This document shows positions 1 through 9,799 of a DNA stretch of 64,000 bases, one piece after another. Position numbers and translations under genes: made by a program. Source of the stretch: Nitrospirota bacterium (lineage in GTDB: Bacteria; Nitrospirota; UBA9217); NCBI GenBank assembly GCA_963749655.1, contig CAVVOB010000019.1:64001-128000 (forward strand), in the 5' to 3' direction. The notes below the pieces were generated by a model that saw nothing but the letters and a program-made list of their open reading frames with translations, was not told the origin of the DNA and made no database searches. The stretch's first letter is position 1, and every line of letters begins with the position of its first letter.

Positions 1-654
1 CCGTCGCTCAAACGGCTCGGGATCCAGATCATCGCCCTGACCGGCAACAAGGACTCCACGCTTGCCAAGAACAGCGATGTGGTGCTCGATGTCGGGGTGA
101 AGGAGGAAGCCTGCCCCCTGGGGCTTGCGCCGACGGCCAGCACCACCGCGACCCTGGCCATGGGGGACGCTCTGGCGGTGGCGCTGCTGGACAAGCGCGG
201 ATTCAGGCCCGAGGATTTCGCCTGTTTCCATCCCGGCGGCGCGCTCGGCAAAAGGCTGCTGCTGCGCGTTCGCGATCTCATGCATACGGGGAACGATATC
301 CCGACGGTCACGAAGCAGACGCTGATCAAGGACGCCATCTACGAGATCTCGTCGAAAAAAATGGGCGTCACCGCCGTTCTCAATGCGGCCGGCAAACTGG
401 TCGGCGTCATTTCCGACGGCGATCTTCGGCGCTGGATGGAAAAGACGGAAAAAACCGGCGAGAATCTGCTGACGAAGAGGGCCGTGGACATCATGACCAA
501 GAATCCGAAAGTCGCCAACAAGGACTCCCTGGCAGCCGAAGCCGTGGCCATCATGGAAAAGAACTCCATCACCTGCCTGATCGTTGCTGATGCGCAAAAA
601 AAACCGGAAGGCGTCATCCATCTCCATGACCTGCTGAAGGCCGGGGTGGTGTGA
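1..654 (+). CDS. kdsD: Arabinose-5-phosphate isomerase KdsD/GutQ (SIS + CBS pair), 5' end outside window
   Basis: EACPLGLAPTASTT..MGDALA, FHPGGALG and tandem CBS domains; frame open from position 1; next to kdsC. Confidence 0.93.
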   Translation, partial: PSLKRLGIQIIALTGNKDSTLAKNSDVVLDVGVKEEACPLGLAPTASTTATLAMGDALAVALLDKRGFRPEDFACFHPGGALGKRLLLRVRDLMHTGNDIPTVTKQTLIKDAIYEISSKKMGVTAVLNAAGKLVGVISDGDLRRWMEKTEKTGENLLTKRAVDIMTKNPKVANKDSLAAEAVAIMEKNSITCLIVADAQKKPEGVIHLHDLLKAGVV

Positions 655-663
655 AACCGAAAC

Positions 664-840
664 CGCATAGGGCATAGTGCAGAGAGCAAAGGGGGAAGTG
701 AACCGTAAAGCGCATAGTGCAGAGTGCATAGCGCAGAGGGCGTGAAACCTGCTTAAAGCATGGTATGGTGCCGAGCGCGGAGGGTTTAACACCATGCTCT
801 ATGCTCTATGCTCCATGCTCTATGCCCCATGCCCCATGCA
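664..840. repeat. Inverted pair of degenerate 7-mer tandem arrays (GCATAGN / NCTATGC-CCCATGC)
   Basis: gcatagg gcatagt gcagaga... on the left and atgctct atgctct atgctcc atgctct atgcccc atgcccc on the right; same family at 30658-30818. Confidence 0.85.
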
Positions 841-847
841 ACGTTAT

Positions 848-1367
848 ATGAAACCGAATCAGCGAACCATAAAGGCGAAAGCCAAAAAAATCAAACTGCT
901 CCTCCTCGACGTTGACGGCGTACTGACCGACGGCACGATCATCCTGGACAACCAGGGGAACGAACTCAAGGCATTCCACGTGCGCGACGGCCACGGGATC
1001 AAGCTCGCGCAGCGGGCGGGCATCATCATCGGGATCATCACCGGCAGGAATTCCGCGGTCGTGAACGATCCGGGCGCGGGAACTGGGCATCCAGGAGGTC
1101 CACCAGGGCGCCACGAACAAGATCGAGGTTTACGAGGCCCTGCTCGCGAAATACGGACTCTCCGACGACGACGTCGCCTATATGGGCGACGACGTCGTGG
1201 ACCTGGCCATCTTTAAGCGCGTCGGAATTGCCGTGACCGTTGCCGACGCCGATCCCGCGGTGCTTCCTGAAGTGGATATGATCACGAAAACGCAGGGGGG
1301 CAGGGGGGCTGTGCGCGAATTCATCAATCTCATCCTGCAGAGCCGGGACGCGGCAGCCGTCTCATGA
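848..1367 (+). CDS. kdsC: KDO 8-phosphate phosphatase (HAD), frameshifted near 1070
   Basis: LLLDVDGVLTDG, FHVRDGHGI, ITGR in one frame; MGDD..D and GGRGAVREF in a second frame. Confidence 0.9.
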
Positions 1368-2262
1368 ACGAGCGGCTCACCCGGCTGAGAAAGCGCGTTT
1401 CACGCATTTCCCTGATCTGGATCATCAGGGCAGTCGAGCTGTTCTCCCGGATCGTGCCGTACCGGTGCGGAGTCTGGTCGGGAGGCGTACTCGGGTCCCT
1501 CGTGTACTACCTGCTCCCGCGGGAGCGCAAAAGAACGCTGGCGCATCTGACCCTGGTGTTCGGCGACCGGGGCCCGGCCTGGATACGCCGGACGGCGCGG
1601 CGATGCTTCTTCCATCTGGGCAAGGCCATGCTCGAAATCATGCTCATGACCCCGGAGCGCCTGGCGCGGGCCGTCGACCTCGTGGGTGAAGAGAATCTCA
1701 AGGCCGCGCTCAGCCTGAACAAGGGCGTCATCTACGTAACCGGTCATATCGGGAACTGGGAGATCATGGCCCACGCGGTCGGGCAGCGCTACCCGCTGAG
1801 CGTCGTTGCGGCGCCGATCGAGCCTGAACAGGTCAATGACATGATCGTCGCGCTGCGCGCACGGATGGGGGTCAGTACGATCCTGCGCAGCAGACCGGGT
1901 GCTTCCCGGGAATTGATACGGTCCTTCAGGGAAAACCGGATCCTGGGAATCCTGATCGACCAGGACACGGACGTGGACAGCGCCTTCGTGGACTTCATGG
2001 GCAGACCGGCCTGGACGCCCACGGCTGCGGCTTCCATGGCGATCAAGTTCGGCGCGCCCATCGTGTTCGGCTACATCCGCCGGGGCGACGACAACAGGCA
2101 CACCATCACCTTGGAAGGGCCGCTGCCGCCGAGCGCAACCGGCGATGCGGAAAAGGACATCATCGCAAATACCGCCATGCTGACAAAAAAGATAGAAGAT
2201 TGCATCATGCAGAGCCGGAACAGTGGGTCTGGATGCACCGAAGGTGGAGGAGACAGCCGTGA
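1364..2262 (+). CDS. Lipid A late acyltransferase (LpxL/HtrB family), frameshift near 2212
   Basis: TGHIGNWE and LIDQD motifs; the family C-terminus PEQWVWMHRRWR reappears in a shifted frame ending TGA 2260-2262. Confidence 0.88.
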
Positions 2263-2807
2263 AGATCTTCAATGTCCCGAACCTGCTCTCTCTCAGCCGG
2301 ATCCTGTCGGTGCCGGTGTTCATCGTCCTCATGCTCGAGCCGAGCCCGGCCCGGGCGCTCGCGGCAGGCGTCGTGTTTTCCCTGGCGTCGGCCACGGACT
2401 GGCTCGACGGCTACCTCGCCCGCAAATGGGGGCAGGTTACGAAGATGGGAAAGCTGCTCGATCCCATCGCCGACAAGATCCTGATCATGTCGGCCCTGGT
2501 CATTCTCGTCGAGATCCGGTCCGATGTGGTGCATTCGTGGATCGCCATCGTCATCATCGGCCGGGAATTCGCCGTTACCGGCCTCCGCGCGATCGCATCG
2601 AGCGAAGGCATCATCATCCCTGCGGAGAACGTGGGGAAATACAAGGTCGGCGCGCAGATCACGGCCGTTCTCTCCCTGCTTCTCGATTATTATCTCACCC
2701 AGGAATGGCTGCGCGATCTCGGCGCCGTGGCCCTCTGGGTGGCCATGGTGCTGGCCGTCTATTCGGCGGTGAACTATTTCAGGACCTACTGGAAGCAGCT
2801 GCATTAA
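2259..2807 (+). CDS. pgsA: CDP-diacylglycerol--glycerol-3-phosphate 3-phosphatidyltransferase
   Basis: NVPNLLSLSRI, TDWLDGYLARKWGQVT.MGKLLDPIADK; GTG start overlaps upstream stop. Confidence 0.95.
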   Translation: MKIFNVPNLLSLSRILSVPVFIVLMLEPSPARALAAGVVFSLASATDWLDGYLARKWGQVTKMGKLLDPIADKILIMSALVILVEIRSDVVHSWIAIVIIGREFAVTGLRAIASSEGIIIPAENVGKYKVGAQITAVLSLLLDYYLTQEWLRDLGAVALWVAMVLAVYSAVNYFRTYWKQLH

Positions 2808-2869
2808 GCCCTTCAAAAGGGCGTCTGAATTTTTGAATCTCGCTGTTGAAAAGGCCTGAGTACACCATT

Positions 2870-2964
2870 CACCGCAAGGGCGCAAAGAGCGCGAGGAAAT
2901 CTTGAAGCCGGATCGCAGGACATCGTAGTACGCTTCCCTTCGCGCTCCTCGCGTTTTCGCGGTT
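2870..2964. repeat. Palindromic intergenic element with 9-nt periodic arms
   Basis: accgcaagggcgcaaagagcgcgagg ... cttcgcgctcctcgcgttttcgcggt; relatives at 27237-27328 and 48962-49206. Confidence 0.7.
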
Positions 2965-3011
2965 CAAAGCTTCGGCTTGTTTCTTTGGTCTGAGGAGAAG
3001 CCTCGTTACCC

Positions 3012-3614
3012 ATGAACTCCGTACTGCAGATACTTTCCATCGCTGCATCCTATCTTCTGGGTGCCATACCCTTTGGCCTCGTCTTCACCCGCCTGTTCGC
3101 GGGCATCGATGTCCGGACCATCGGCAGCGGAAACATCGGAGCAACGAACGTCCTGAGGGCAGGGGGCAAGAAGGCGGCGATCCTGACCCTCCTGGCCGAC
3201 GCTTTAAAGGGCTGTCTTCCGGTCCTGGTCGTCCAGGCCCTCTTTCACAACGATCTGACTGCCGCACTTGCCGGAGTCGCTGCCGTGCTGGGGCACAATT
3301 TCCCCGTCTACCTGAAGTTCAAGGGAGGGAAGGGGGTGGCCACCAGCTTCGGCGTGGTGCTTGCCGCGGCCCCCTGGACAGGGCTTGCCTGTCTGCTCAT
3401 ATGGCTGCTTTCAGCTGCGATCTGGCGGTACTCATCACTCGCAGGGCTTGTTGCCTTTGCCTGTTATCCTCTCATAACCTTCACCGTTTCCCCGCCCCGG
3501 TCCCAGGCCTCCGGGGCGCTGTCCCTGTTCATCTTCGCCATGATCTATGTCCGCCATCGGGTGAATATCAAACGCCTCATCCAGGGCACGGAGCCGAAGA
3601 TCGGGCAGAAATAA
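3012..3614 (+). CDS. plsY: Glycerol-3-phosphate acyltransferase PlsY
   Basis: GSGNIGATNVLR, GHNFPVYLKFKGGKGVAT, RHRVNIKRL..GTEPKI. Confidence 0.96.
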   Translation: MNSVLQILSIAASYLLGAIPFGLVFTRLFAGIDVRTIGSGNIGATNVLRAGGKKAAILTLLADALKGCLPVLVVQALFHNDLTAALAGVAAVLGHNFPVYLKFKGGKGVATSFGVVLAAAPWTGLACLLIWLLSAAIWRYSSLAGLVAFACYPLITFTVSPPRSQASGALSLFIFAMIYVRHRVNIKRLIQGTEPKIGQK

Positions 3615-3712
3615 GGTCGCAGGCCGGTTCTTTGACCAGGACTTTCTCCCCTCCCTTGAAATGAAGGGAGGAGAACCCGCAAACTGCGGAGAATCGTAAG
3701 GTAAAGAAACCC

Positions 3713-4996
3713 ATGTTCGGCTTATCCAGAAAAAACAGCAAGCACAAGAAAGCCGTCGTCATCGGAATCGACGGCGTTCCCTGCTCCCTGCTGGAGGAAT
3801 ACCGGAAGCGGGGCATCATGCCCGAACTCGCCCGGCTCTGCGAAGAGGGGCAATTGATGCCCATGAAGTCCTCCCTCCCGGAAATATCATCAGTTGCCTG
3901 GACGGGCTTCATGACGGGCGTGAACCCCGGACGCCATGGGATCTTCGGCTTCATGGAGATAAACCACGCAACCTACGACTATACGTTCCCGAACTTTTCC
4001 TCCCTGAAGGAGCGGCCTTTCTGGGAGCGGGAAAACATCCGCACCGTGGCGTTCAACATTCCCCAGACCTACCCGGCGGCGCCGATGAACGGCGCCATGG
4101 TGAGCGGCTTTGTGGCCCTCGACCTCAAAAAAGCGACCTATCCCGAAAAGGTGTACCAGTATCTTTCGAGCATCAACTATTCGATCGACGTCAATTCAAA
4201 GCTCGCCGCGGAAAATCCCGAGGCTTTTTTCGGAGACCTTTTCGCGACCTTCGAAAAGCGGAAGCAGGCGATCGAGCACCTATACAGCAGCGAGGACTGG
4301 CAGCTCTTCATCGGGACCGTGACGGAGACGGACCGCCTGCATCACTTCTTTTTCGATTCAGCACGCGAGGGGCGCTATTATCCCGTATTCGAGAAGTTCT
4401 ACCGAAGCCTTGACCAGTTCATCGGGACCATGGCGAAAAAGGCGCGAAACGACGGCGCCCTGTTTCTCACGTGCTCCGACCACGGCTTTACCCCCATTAA
4501 AAGCGAAGTCTATGTGAATTCCTGGCTCAAGGAACAGGGCTATCTGAAGATCGACGGCAGCGGGGGACTGAAGGGAATAACACCGGACAGCAGGGTGTTC
4601 TGTCTCGATCCGTCGCGACTTTACCTTCACCGCGAAAAGAAATACGCCAGAGGAGGGGTCAGGGCGGAGGATTCCGAGGCCATTTTACGCGAAGTGCTGG
4701 AAAAGCTTGCCGCCCTTACGTTCGAGGGCGTCCCCGTGATCAAGCGCGTTTATCGCAATGACGAGATCTTTCAGGGCCCACTTGCCGGCAACGGTCCTGA
4801 CCTCTATGTCCTGCCGAATCATGGGTTTGATCTCAAGGGCACGCTCGCCAAAGACCGCACCTTCGGGACAACCCATTTCAGGGGCATGCATACCTATAAC
4901 GACGCCCATTTGTTCGTCATCGGCGCGTCAGTGAATAATAAGGATGTCCATATCGAGGACATTCCCGGCATCATTCTCGGCGCCGTCGAGCGATAA
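3713..4996 (+). CDS. Alkaline phosphatase superfamily / nucleotide pyrophosphatase-phosphodiesterase
   Basis: VIGIDG, SSVAWTGFMTGVNPGRHGIFGF, TDRLHH, SDHGF, GMH. Confidence 0.85.
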   Translation: MFGLSRKNSKHKKAVVIGIDGVPCSLLEEYRKRGIMPELARLCEEGQLMPMKSSLPEISSVAWTGFMTGVNPGRHGIFGFMEINHATYDYTFPNFSSLKERPFWERENIRTVAFNIPQTYPAAPMNGAMVSGFVALDLKKATYPEKVYQYLSSINYSIDVNSKLAAENPEAFFGDLFATFEKRKQAIEHLYSSEDWQLFIGTVTETDRLHHFFFDSAREGRYYPVFEKFYRSLDQFIGTMAKKARNDGALFLTCSDHGFTPIKSEVYVNSWLKEQGYLKIDGSGGLKGITPDSRVFCLDPSRLYLHREKKYARGGVRAEDSEAILREVLEKLAALTFEGVPVIKRVYRNDEIFQGPLAGNGPDLYVLPNHGFDLKGTLAKDRTFGTTHFRGMHTYNDAHLFVIGASVNNKDVHIEDIPGIILGAVER

Positions 4997-5033
4997 AAAC
5001 GGATTGCCGCACAAGGCTTACGAGGCTTTCATC

Positions 5034-5907
5034 TTGAACCGGACGAACTTAAAGCGATACATCAGCCGCCTTTTCATTCTTAGCGCACTTGTTATCCTTG
5101 TGCCTCACGGGGCCTCGGCCGAGGACCTTGCGCTTATCAACCGGCCGGTGAATATCTCCGGTTTCACCGGATTGTTGTATACCACAGCCCCGTACACGCT
5201 GAGTTCCGGCACGGTTGAGATCGGCGCTTCCGTAGTGTCAGAGAACAGCACGGTGCCTGATTTTACGATCACCGAATATCCCATGAGCATATCAGTCGGA
5301 ATGCCGCATAACACGGAGCTGGTCATCCGGGATTCCTACTATGAGATAAAGGAAGGCCCCACCGGCACGGCGGTGACCGAACGGGATCCCGGCGACCTTT
5401 CCGTATCAGTGAAATGGAACTTCCTGCCGCCGTCGGAAACGTCCATTCGACCGGCACTCGCCGTGTTTGCGGGAGGATTATTCTCAACAGACAGCCGGCT
5501 CGATAAAAAAGTGAACTCCGTACGCCACTGGGGCGCATTCCTCGGCTTTGTCAGCAGGCACCGAGATAAGCTGGCGGGATCATGTACTCGGAATTTACGC
5601 TGATGCACAGGTGGTGGGACATGATCCCACGGTAGAGAAAAATCGTAACATTTATGAGATCTACAACGCAGGCTTTCTCTATCCCGTGAGCAAACATCAG
5701 AACCTGCAGATGTTCCTGGAATACAATATTGTGACCGGACGGGAGCTTATAACACTCGACGGCGGCGATTATACCGCCTTTACCTACGGAATCCGGCTGG
5801 TCAGCGAACGGTTTAATTTGACGATCGGCTCGCAATTCCTGAAAAAAAGCCAGCTTGGATATGACAACTCAGGAAGAGTGATCGGGTTGCTGAGCATGAA
5901 GTTTTAG
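5034..5907 (+). CDS. Exported, probably outer-membrane beta-barrel protein; frameshift near 5550
   Basis: Signal peptide, G.TGLL.T..P.TL..G motif, amphipathic strands, C-terminal Phe (LSMKF); two overlapping ORFs join. Confidence 0.55.
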
Positions 5908-5960
5908 CTATAAAACAACGACTTAACCGATTAAAATCAACATATACTTGAATTCAGATA

Positions 5961-5988
5961 ATGTCTGATAATGTATATTATGTCAAAT
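5961..5988. other. dif: dif site (XerCD chromosome-dimer resolution site)
   Basis: ATGTCTGATAA-TGTATA-TTATGTCAAAT has 11-6-11 architecture; spacer identical to E. coli dif and XerD arm one base from TTATGTTAAAT; intergenic. Confidence 0.88.
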
Positions 5989-6122
5989 CGTACATAAAAC
6001 GCCTAAACTCCTGCTTTCAATTCCTCCTTAATACCGAAATACACCGATATACCCTGAATATACCCTGCTCCGGGTATTGAATTCCTAATCGATTAACTCT
6101 ATCATCTGCGTGAGGTGAAATA

Positions 6123-6296
6123 ATGAATGTTGCAGGATGGGGTTCGCTCGCGCTGGGAATTGTTAATACTTATCTGATCCGTATGATCGTCCGCTTCCGC
6201 AGCTTTGGCTTGAATCTAAAAAAGCTGAGTTCAATTTGGGCAATGCCGGTGCCAGCCTGGAAAATACCCGAAGAGGAACAGCCGTTATCCGAATAA
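6123..6296 (+). CDS. Possible small protein (57 aa)
   Basis: GAGGTG Shine-Dalgarno then ATG; MNVAGWGSLALGIVNTYLIRMIVRFRSFGLNLKKLSSIWAMPVPAWKIPEEEQPLSE; below the ORF-track cutoff. Confidence 0.35.
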   Translation: MNVAGWGSLALGIVNTYLIRMIVRFRSFGLNLKKLSSIWAMPVPAWKIPEEEQPLSE

Positions 6297-6369
6297 CGCG
6301 CAAAACGCCAGCGGTTCCGACGCCTTCAACTAATGCAAACGAAGTAACCATTGGTACATCCGGAAAAGT

Positions 6370-6420
6370 CCCCCCTCGCCCAACCCTCTCCCCTCTGGGG
6401 AGAGGACAAAGGTGAGGGGC
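6370..6420. repeat. REP-like GC-rich palindrome
   Basis: ccccctcgcc..cctctcccc-tct-ggggagagg..ggtgagggg. Confidence 0.65.
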
Positions 6421-6560
6421 AAAGCAGTAACGAATTTAAATGCGTTTGTATTAGATAATCCCCCCAGACTTTCAATTATCAAACATTCTCCAGACGAGGT
6501 CCAGATGCACAGTGCGATCTCGTCCTCACTGACGACCTGTTCTTGTACTGAATATCCTGC

Positions 6561-6995
6561 TTGAGATGGGCCACACTTTGCAGGCAAAAAATTCACCACG
6601 CCCGGGCATTGAGCGTTGACCAGGCTGACATCGATCATCGGCGCCGAGAATTTGAAAAGCAATCCTCGGAAGTCTACCGACGATTTCTCGATGTCCTGGA
6701 CAACGGATGTAATGAAGGCCGCAAAGCGGCAATGCTTCAGATCCGCGCCGACCTCGGTCTATCTGCCGCAGACGCCAGGATTTACGTTACTCGAGGGCGA
6801 AGGATCGAAAAGGAAAAAAAGAAAGTCAAAGACCCCGCGAAAACTTTTCCGTTACAGCAGCAAAATCAAAAGTCGAGCCTTCGTGTAAAAAACTCAGGCA
6901 CGCCTTTTGATGTATTTGCTGACGGCTGTAACGGAAAAGCCTTGGTGAATTTTCTTGGGAAATCTGCCTTTTCGCCCTTCCCTCTTGACGAGTGA
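6561..6995 (+). CDS. Hypothetical protein or remnant of a mobile-element gene
   Basis: 144-aa ORF with a helical, basic core; weak TTG start; 3' part overlaps a long hairpin. Confidence 0.3.
   Translation: MRWATLCRQKIHHARALSVDQADIDHRRREFEKQSSEVYRRFLDVLDNGCNEGRKAAMLQIRADLGLSAADARIYVTRGRRIEKEKKKVKDPAKTFPLQQQNQKSSLRVKNSGTPFDVFADGCNGKALVNFLGKSAFSPFPLDE
6844..6939. other. Long imperfect inverted repeat (96 nt)
   Basis: CTTTTCCGTTACAGC (6844-6858) / GCTGTAACGGAAAAG (6925-6939) pair perfectly; inner CAGCAAA/TTTGCTG, ATCAAAAG/CTTTTGAT, GCCT/AGGC. Confidence 0.8.
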
Positions 6996-7167
6996 AGGGA
7001 AGGTCGAAAAATTTCTACAATCTATAAACGGATATTTCCCTGCCGTTAAAAGTAAAAAAATCTGCCTCTTGAGCCTTACCCTTTATCCCTCATTCGGAAA
7101 TTCGTTAAGGTATTGATAATATCTCCCAAATGTGATTAAATAAGCAGGTTATTACGCGGAGATATTT

Positions 7168-8283
7168 ATGCCTTATTCAGATGAGACAATAAACACTGAA
7201 TCAAACAACAACCTAGAAGAACCATCTAGCATTTCAAAAGAAGAAAAAATTTTTCGTGAAAGAAAGAAGGTTCTTTCAAATCTGTCAGCTTGTCGTCTCG
7301 GTGACTTACAATCTAAGGTTGCCTGGATACTTAACAACCATCCTGAGACCAGAAATTCAGATATAAAGCTTCAGATTAAATATTGGGAATACTTTGAGGA
7401 CAAGTATGATCCATCACGATTAAAACCAGAAGATTTACTCCAACTTTCTAGATTAACCTCAATATCTCGGGCAAGAGCAAAAATTCAAAATGAATATAAT
7501 CTTTTTCTCGCATCAGATGAAGTACGAAAAAGGCGAGGCACTCTAGCTGAAGAAGAACGCCTAAAGTCGGTTGAAAGTGCAAGCTTCACTCAAACGTTTT
7601 CTATATTTGCAGATGAAAGTGGAAAAAATTCTGAAAATCTGTTAGTAGGCAGTCTCTGGCTCGCAGATGGTAGCGATTCCTGGAAACTGGTTCAGTATAT
7701 TTTAGAATGGAAACGAACAAATAATATCAATGAAGAAATTCACTTCACCAAAATCAATGAAGGCAAATTAAACAAGTATAAAGAATTGGTCAATATTGTT
7801 TTAACCAACTTCCCGACACTTAGTTTTAAAGCAGTCAGCGTTAAGTCTGCAGGCATTGCCGATAAACAAGCTGCCTTTTCAAAACTTTTTTATCATTTGA
7901 TTATCAAAGGAATCGAGCATGAAAACAGTTCCAATCGTGCACCACTACCCCGTGGCTTGTCTTTCTTTAAAGATGCAGAAGAAGAAGGGTACGATCAATT
8001 ACTAATAGCTGAAGTAACAAATCAACTGAAACAAGCAGCAAAAACTATATTCGCAAATAAACTCCATATAGATACACTGGAAGCTGTTGATTCAAAAGCC
8101 TCTCTTATACTTCAGATAGCTGATCTGTTTGTCAGCAGTATTAGCAGATCAATTAACCATAATGGTGATGGCAATCATCCAAAAGATAAATTTACCCAAT
8201 ATTTTTTAAACTCTGTCGGAATTGAAAAAACATTGCCCGATGAATATCAACAGGATGATATGGCTATTCATATGAAACTATAA
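7168..8283 (+). CDS. DUF3800-like protein with N-terminal extension
   Basis: IFADESGK, EIHF, DSK...LQIADLF motifs typical of DUF3800; AT-rich coding sequence. Confidence 0.75.
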   Translation: MPYSDETINTESNNNLEEPSSISKEEKIFRERKKVLSNLSACRLGDLQSKVAWILNNHPETRNSDIKLQIKYWEYFEDKYDPSRLKPEDLLQLSRLTSISRARAKIQNEYNLFLASDEVRKRRGTLAEEERLKSVESASFTQTFSIFADESGKNSENLLVGSLWLADGSDSWKLVQYILEWKRTNNINEEIHFTKINEGKLNKYKELVNIVLTNFPTLSFKAVSVKSAGIADKQAAFSKLFYHLIIKGIEHENSSNRAPLPRGLSFFKDAEEEGYDQLLIAEVTNQLKQAAKTIFANKLHIDTLEAVDSKASLILQIADLFVSSISRSINHNGDGNHPKDKFTQYFLNSVGIEKTLPDEYQQDDMAIHMKL

Positions 8284-8388
8284 ACATAACGGTTGGTCCC
8301 CTTTTTAAGAGTCCCGATGCAAACGACCTATGACATATCTGCATTGACTGAAAAAAACATAAAACACATTGCTTAATTCGGATATTCT

Positions 8389-9729
8389 ATGAGTACAACC
8401 AAAAAAGGAAACAAACTAGAATCAGAGATCCTCCGTTTTTTTCAAGAAGAAATAGCCAACAATCGACTTTATATTCGTAAAGACTGCTCAAGATTATACG
8501 CTAAAAAAGGGTATTACTCGAAAGATCGAGGTAAAGATATCATTTTCGATATCGCCATCGAAGTTTTCCTACCCGGTCAGAATCAATATTCTCATCTAAT
8601 ACTTATAGAATGTAAAAACTACAATCATGCCGTCCCGGTGGATGATATTGAAGAGTTTTTTCAAAAAACGCAGCAAATATCTGGTGGCAATATTAAGGGA
8701 ATAATTGTTTCATCAGGTTCTTTTCAAGAGGGCGCAGTCACTTTTTCAAAATCCAAAGGATTAGGATTGCTCCGATATTTTAGCCGATCGAAACTTGCCT
8801 GGGAACTCTATCGTTCCCCCTCGACCCTAGCTTCATCTCGTTTTGCATCGAGCTATACTGCACGGGAAGGCCTAACGACCTCTTCCTTTACCAGCGATTA
8901 CTTTGACTGTTACTGCTACGTGAATGACAACTATACAAACTCATTCAATCAGTTTTTCTCCGAACTTTTCAAATACAATCTTCCTGAGTCATTGTCTGGT
9001 CAATTATCGACGATCGAAAATAAAATTAGCCGCAACCCGAGAAGCATTCCTCGGAAAAGAAACCGTGAGATTGAATTACTATGTGATGAAATCCTTCAAA
9101 AAGTCAATTATAGAGGGGGACCTGTGCCTCTCGATAAGATATGTGCAATGCTCAAAAAAAGCAACGGCCTTCAGGTTGTTCATAAAAAAGAAAAAAGCTT
9201 TAAATTAGGAAAAGATGTATTAGGTAAAATATCGTTTGATCCTTTTCAGATAACCATTTTTAAAGATGAAAAAGGAAATAAAGCCCGAGACAAATACACA
9301 CTTGCTCACGAACTTGGACATCACTTCCTTGGTCATTCAAAATATATACGTCGCGAATTGCTTCGGGAAAACAATATCGATATGGAAAAATTGCAGGAAT
9401 TGCGGCAAATTGGGATCCACGATATCATTAGTATGGAATGGCAAGCTAATTTCTTTGCTTCATGTTTGCTCTTACCCGTTCGCACATTCATCTCAGATTT
9501 GATGATATTGGCTTATAACGAAGATTTAAGGAACAGGGGCTTTGGTCTTATATTTCTCGACCATCAGAATTGTAACAGAGCTCAGTTTTACAGAATCACA
9601 GATGAACTTAAAATAAAATATGAAGTTTCCCGGCGTGTAATTGAAATACGGTTAAAAAAGCTCGGATTGTTACGGGAATCGACCCAGTATTCTCCGAAAA
9701 CTCAATTCTCGAATTTCACCATTCGCTAA
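8389..9729 (+). CDS. Mrr-like PD-(D/E)xK endonuclease fused to an ImmA/IrrE-family Zn metallopeptidase
   Basis: N-term KGNKLE...FDIAIE...IECKNY..V.VDDIEEF; C-term KYTLAHELGHH and EWQANFFASCLLLP. Confidence 0.85.
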   Translation: MSTTKKGNKLESEILRFFQEEIANNRLYIRKDCSRLYAKKGYYSKDRGKDIIFDIAIEVFLPGQNQYSHLILIECKNYNHAVPVDDIEEFFQKTQQISGGNIKGIIVSSGSFQEGAVTFSKSKGLGLLRYFSRSKLAWELYRSPSTLASSRFASSYTAREGLTTSSFTSDYFDCYCYVNDNYTNSFNQFFSELFKYNLPESLSGQLSTIENKISRNPRSIPRKRNREIELLCDEILQKVNYRGGPVPLDKICAMLKKSNGLQVVHKKEKSFKLGKDVLGKISFDPFQITIFKDEKGNKARDKYTLAHELGHHFLGHSKYIRRELLRENNIDMEKLQELRQIGIHDIISMEWQANFFASCLLLPVRTFISDLMILAYNEDLRNRGFGLIFLDHQNCNRAQFYRITDELKIKYEVSRRVIEIRLKKLGLLRESTQYSPKTQFSNFTIR

Positions 9730-9799
9730 ATAGCTGGTGGAGGTTTAAAATGTGCTTAAATGAGCGGGTCACTAAACGACTAAGAACAGGAATGATCCA

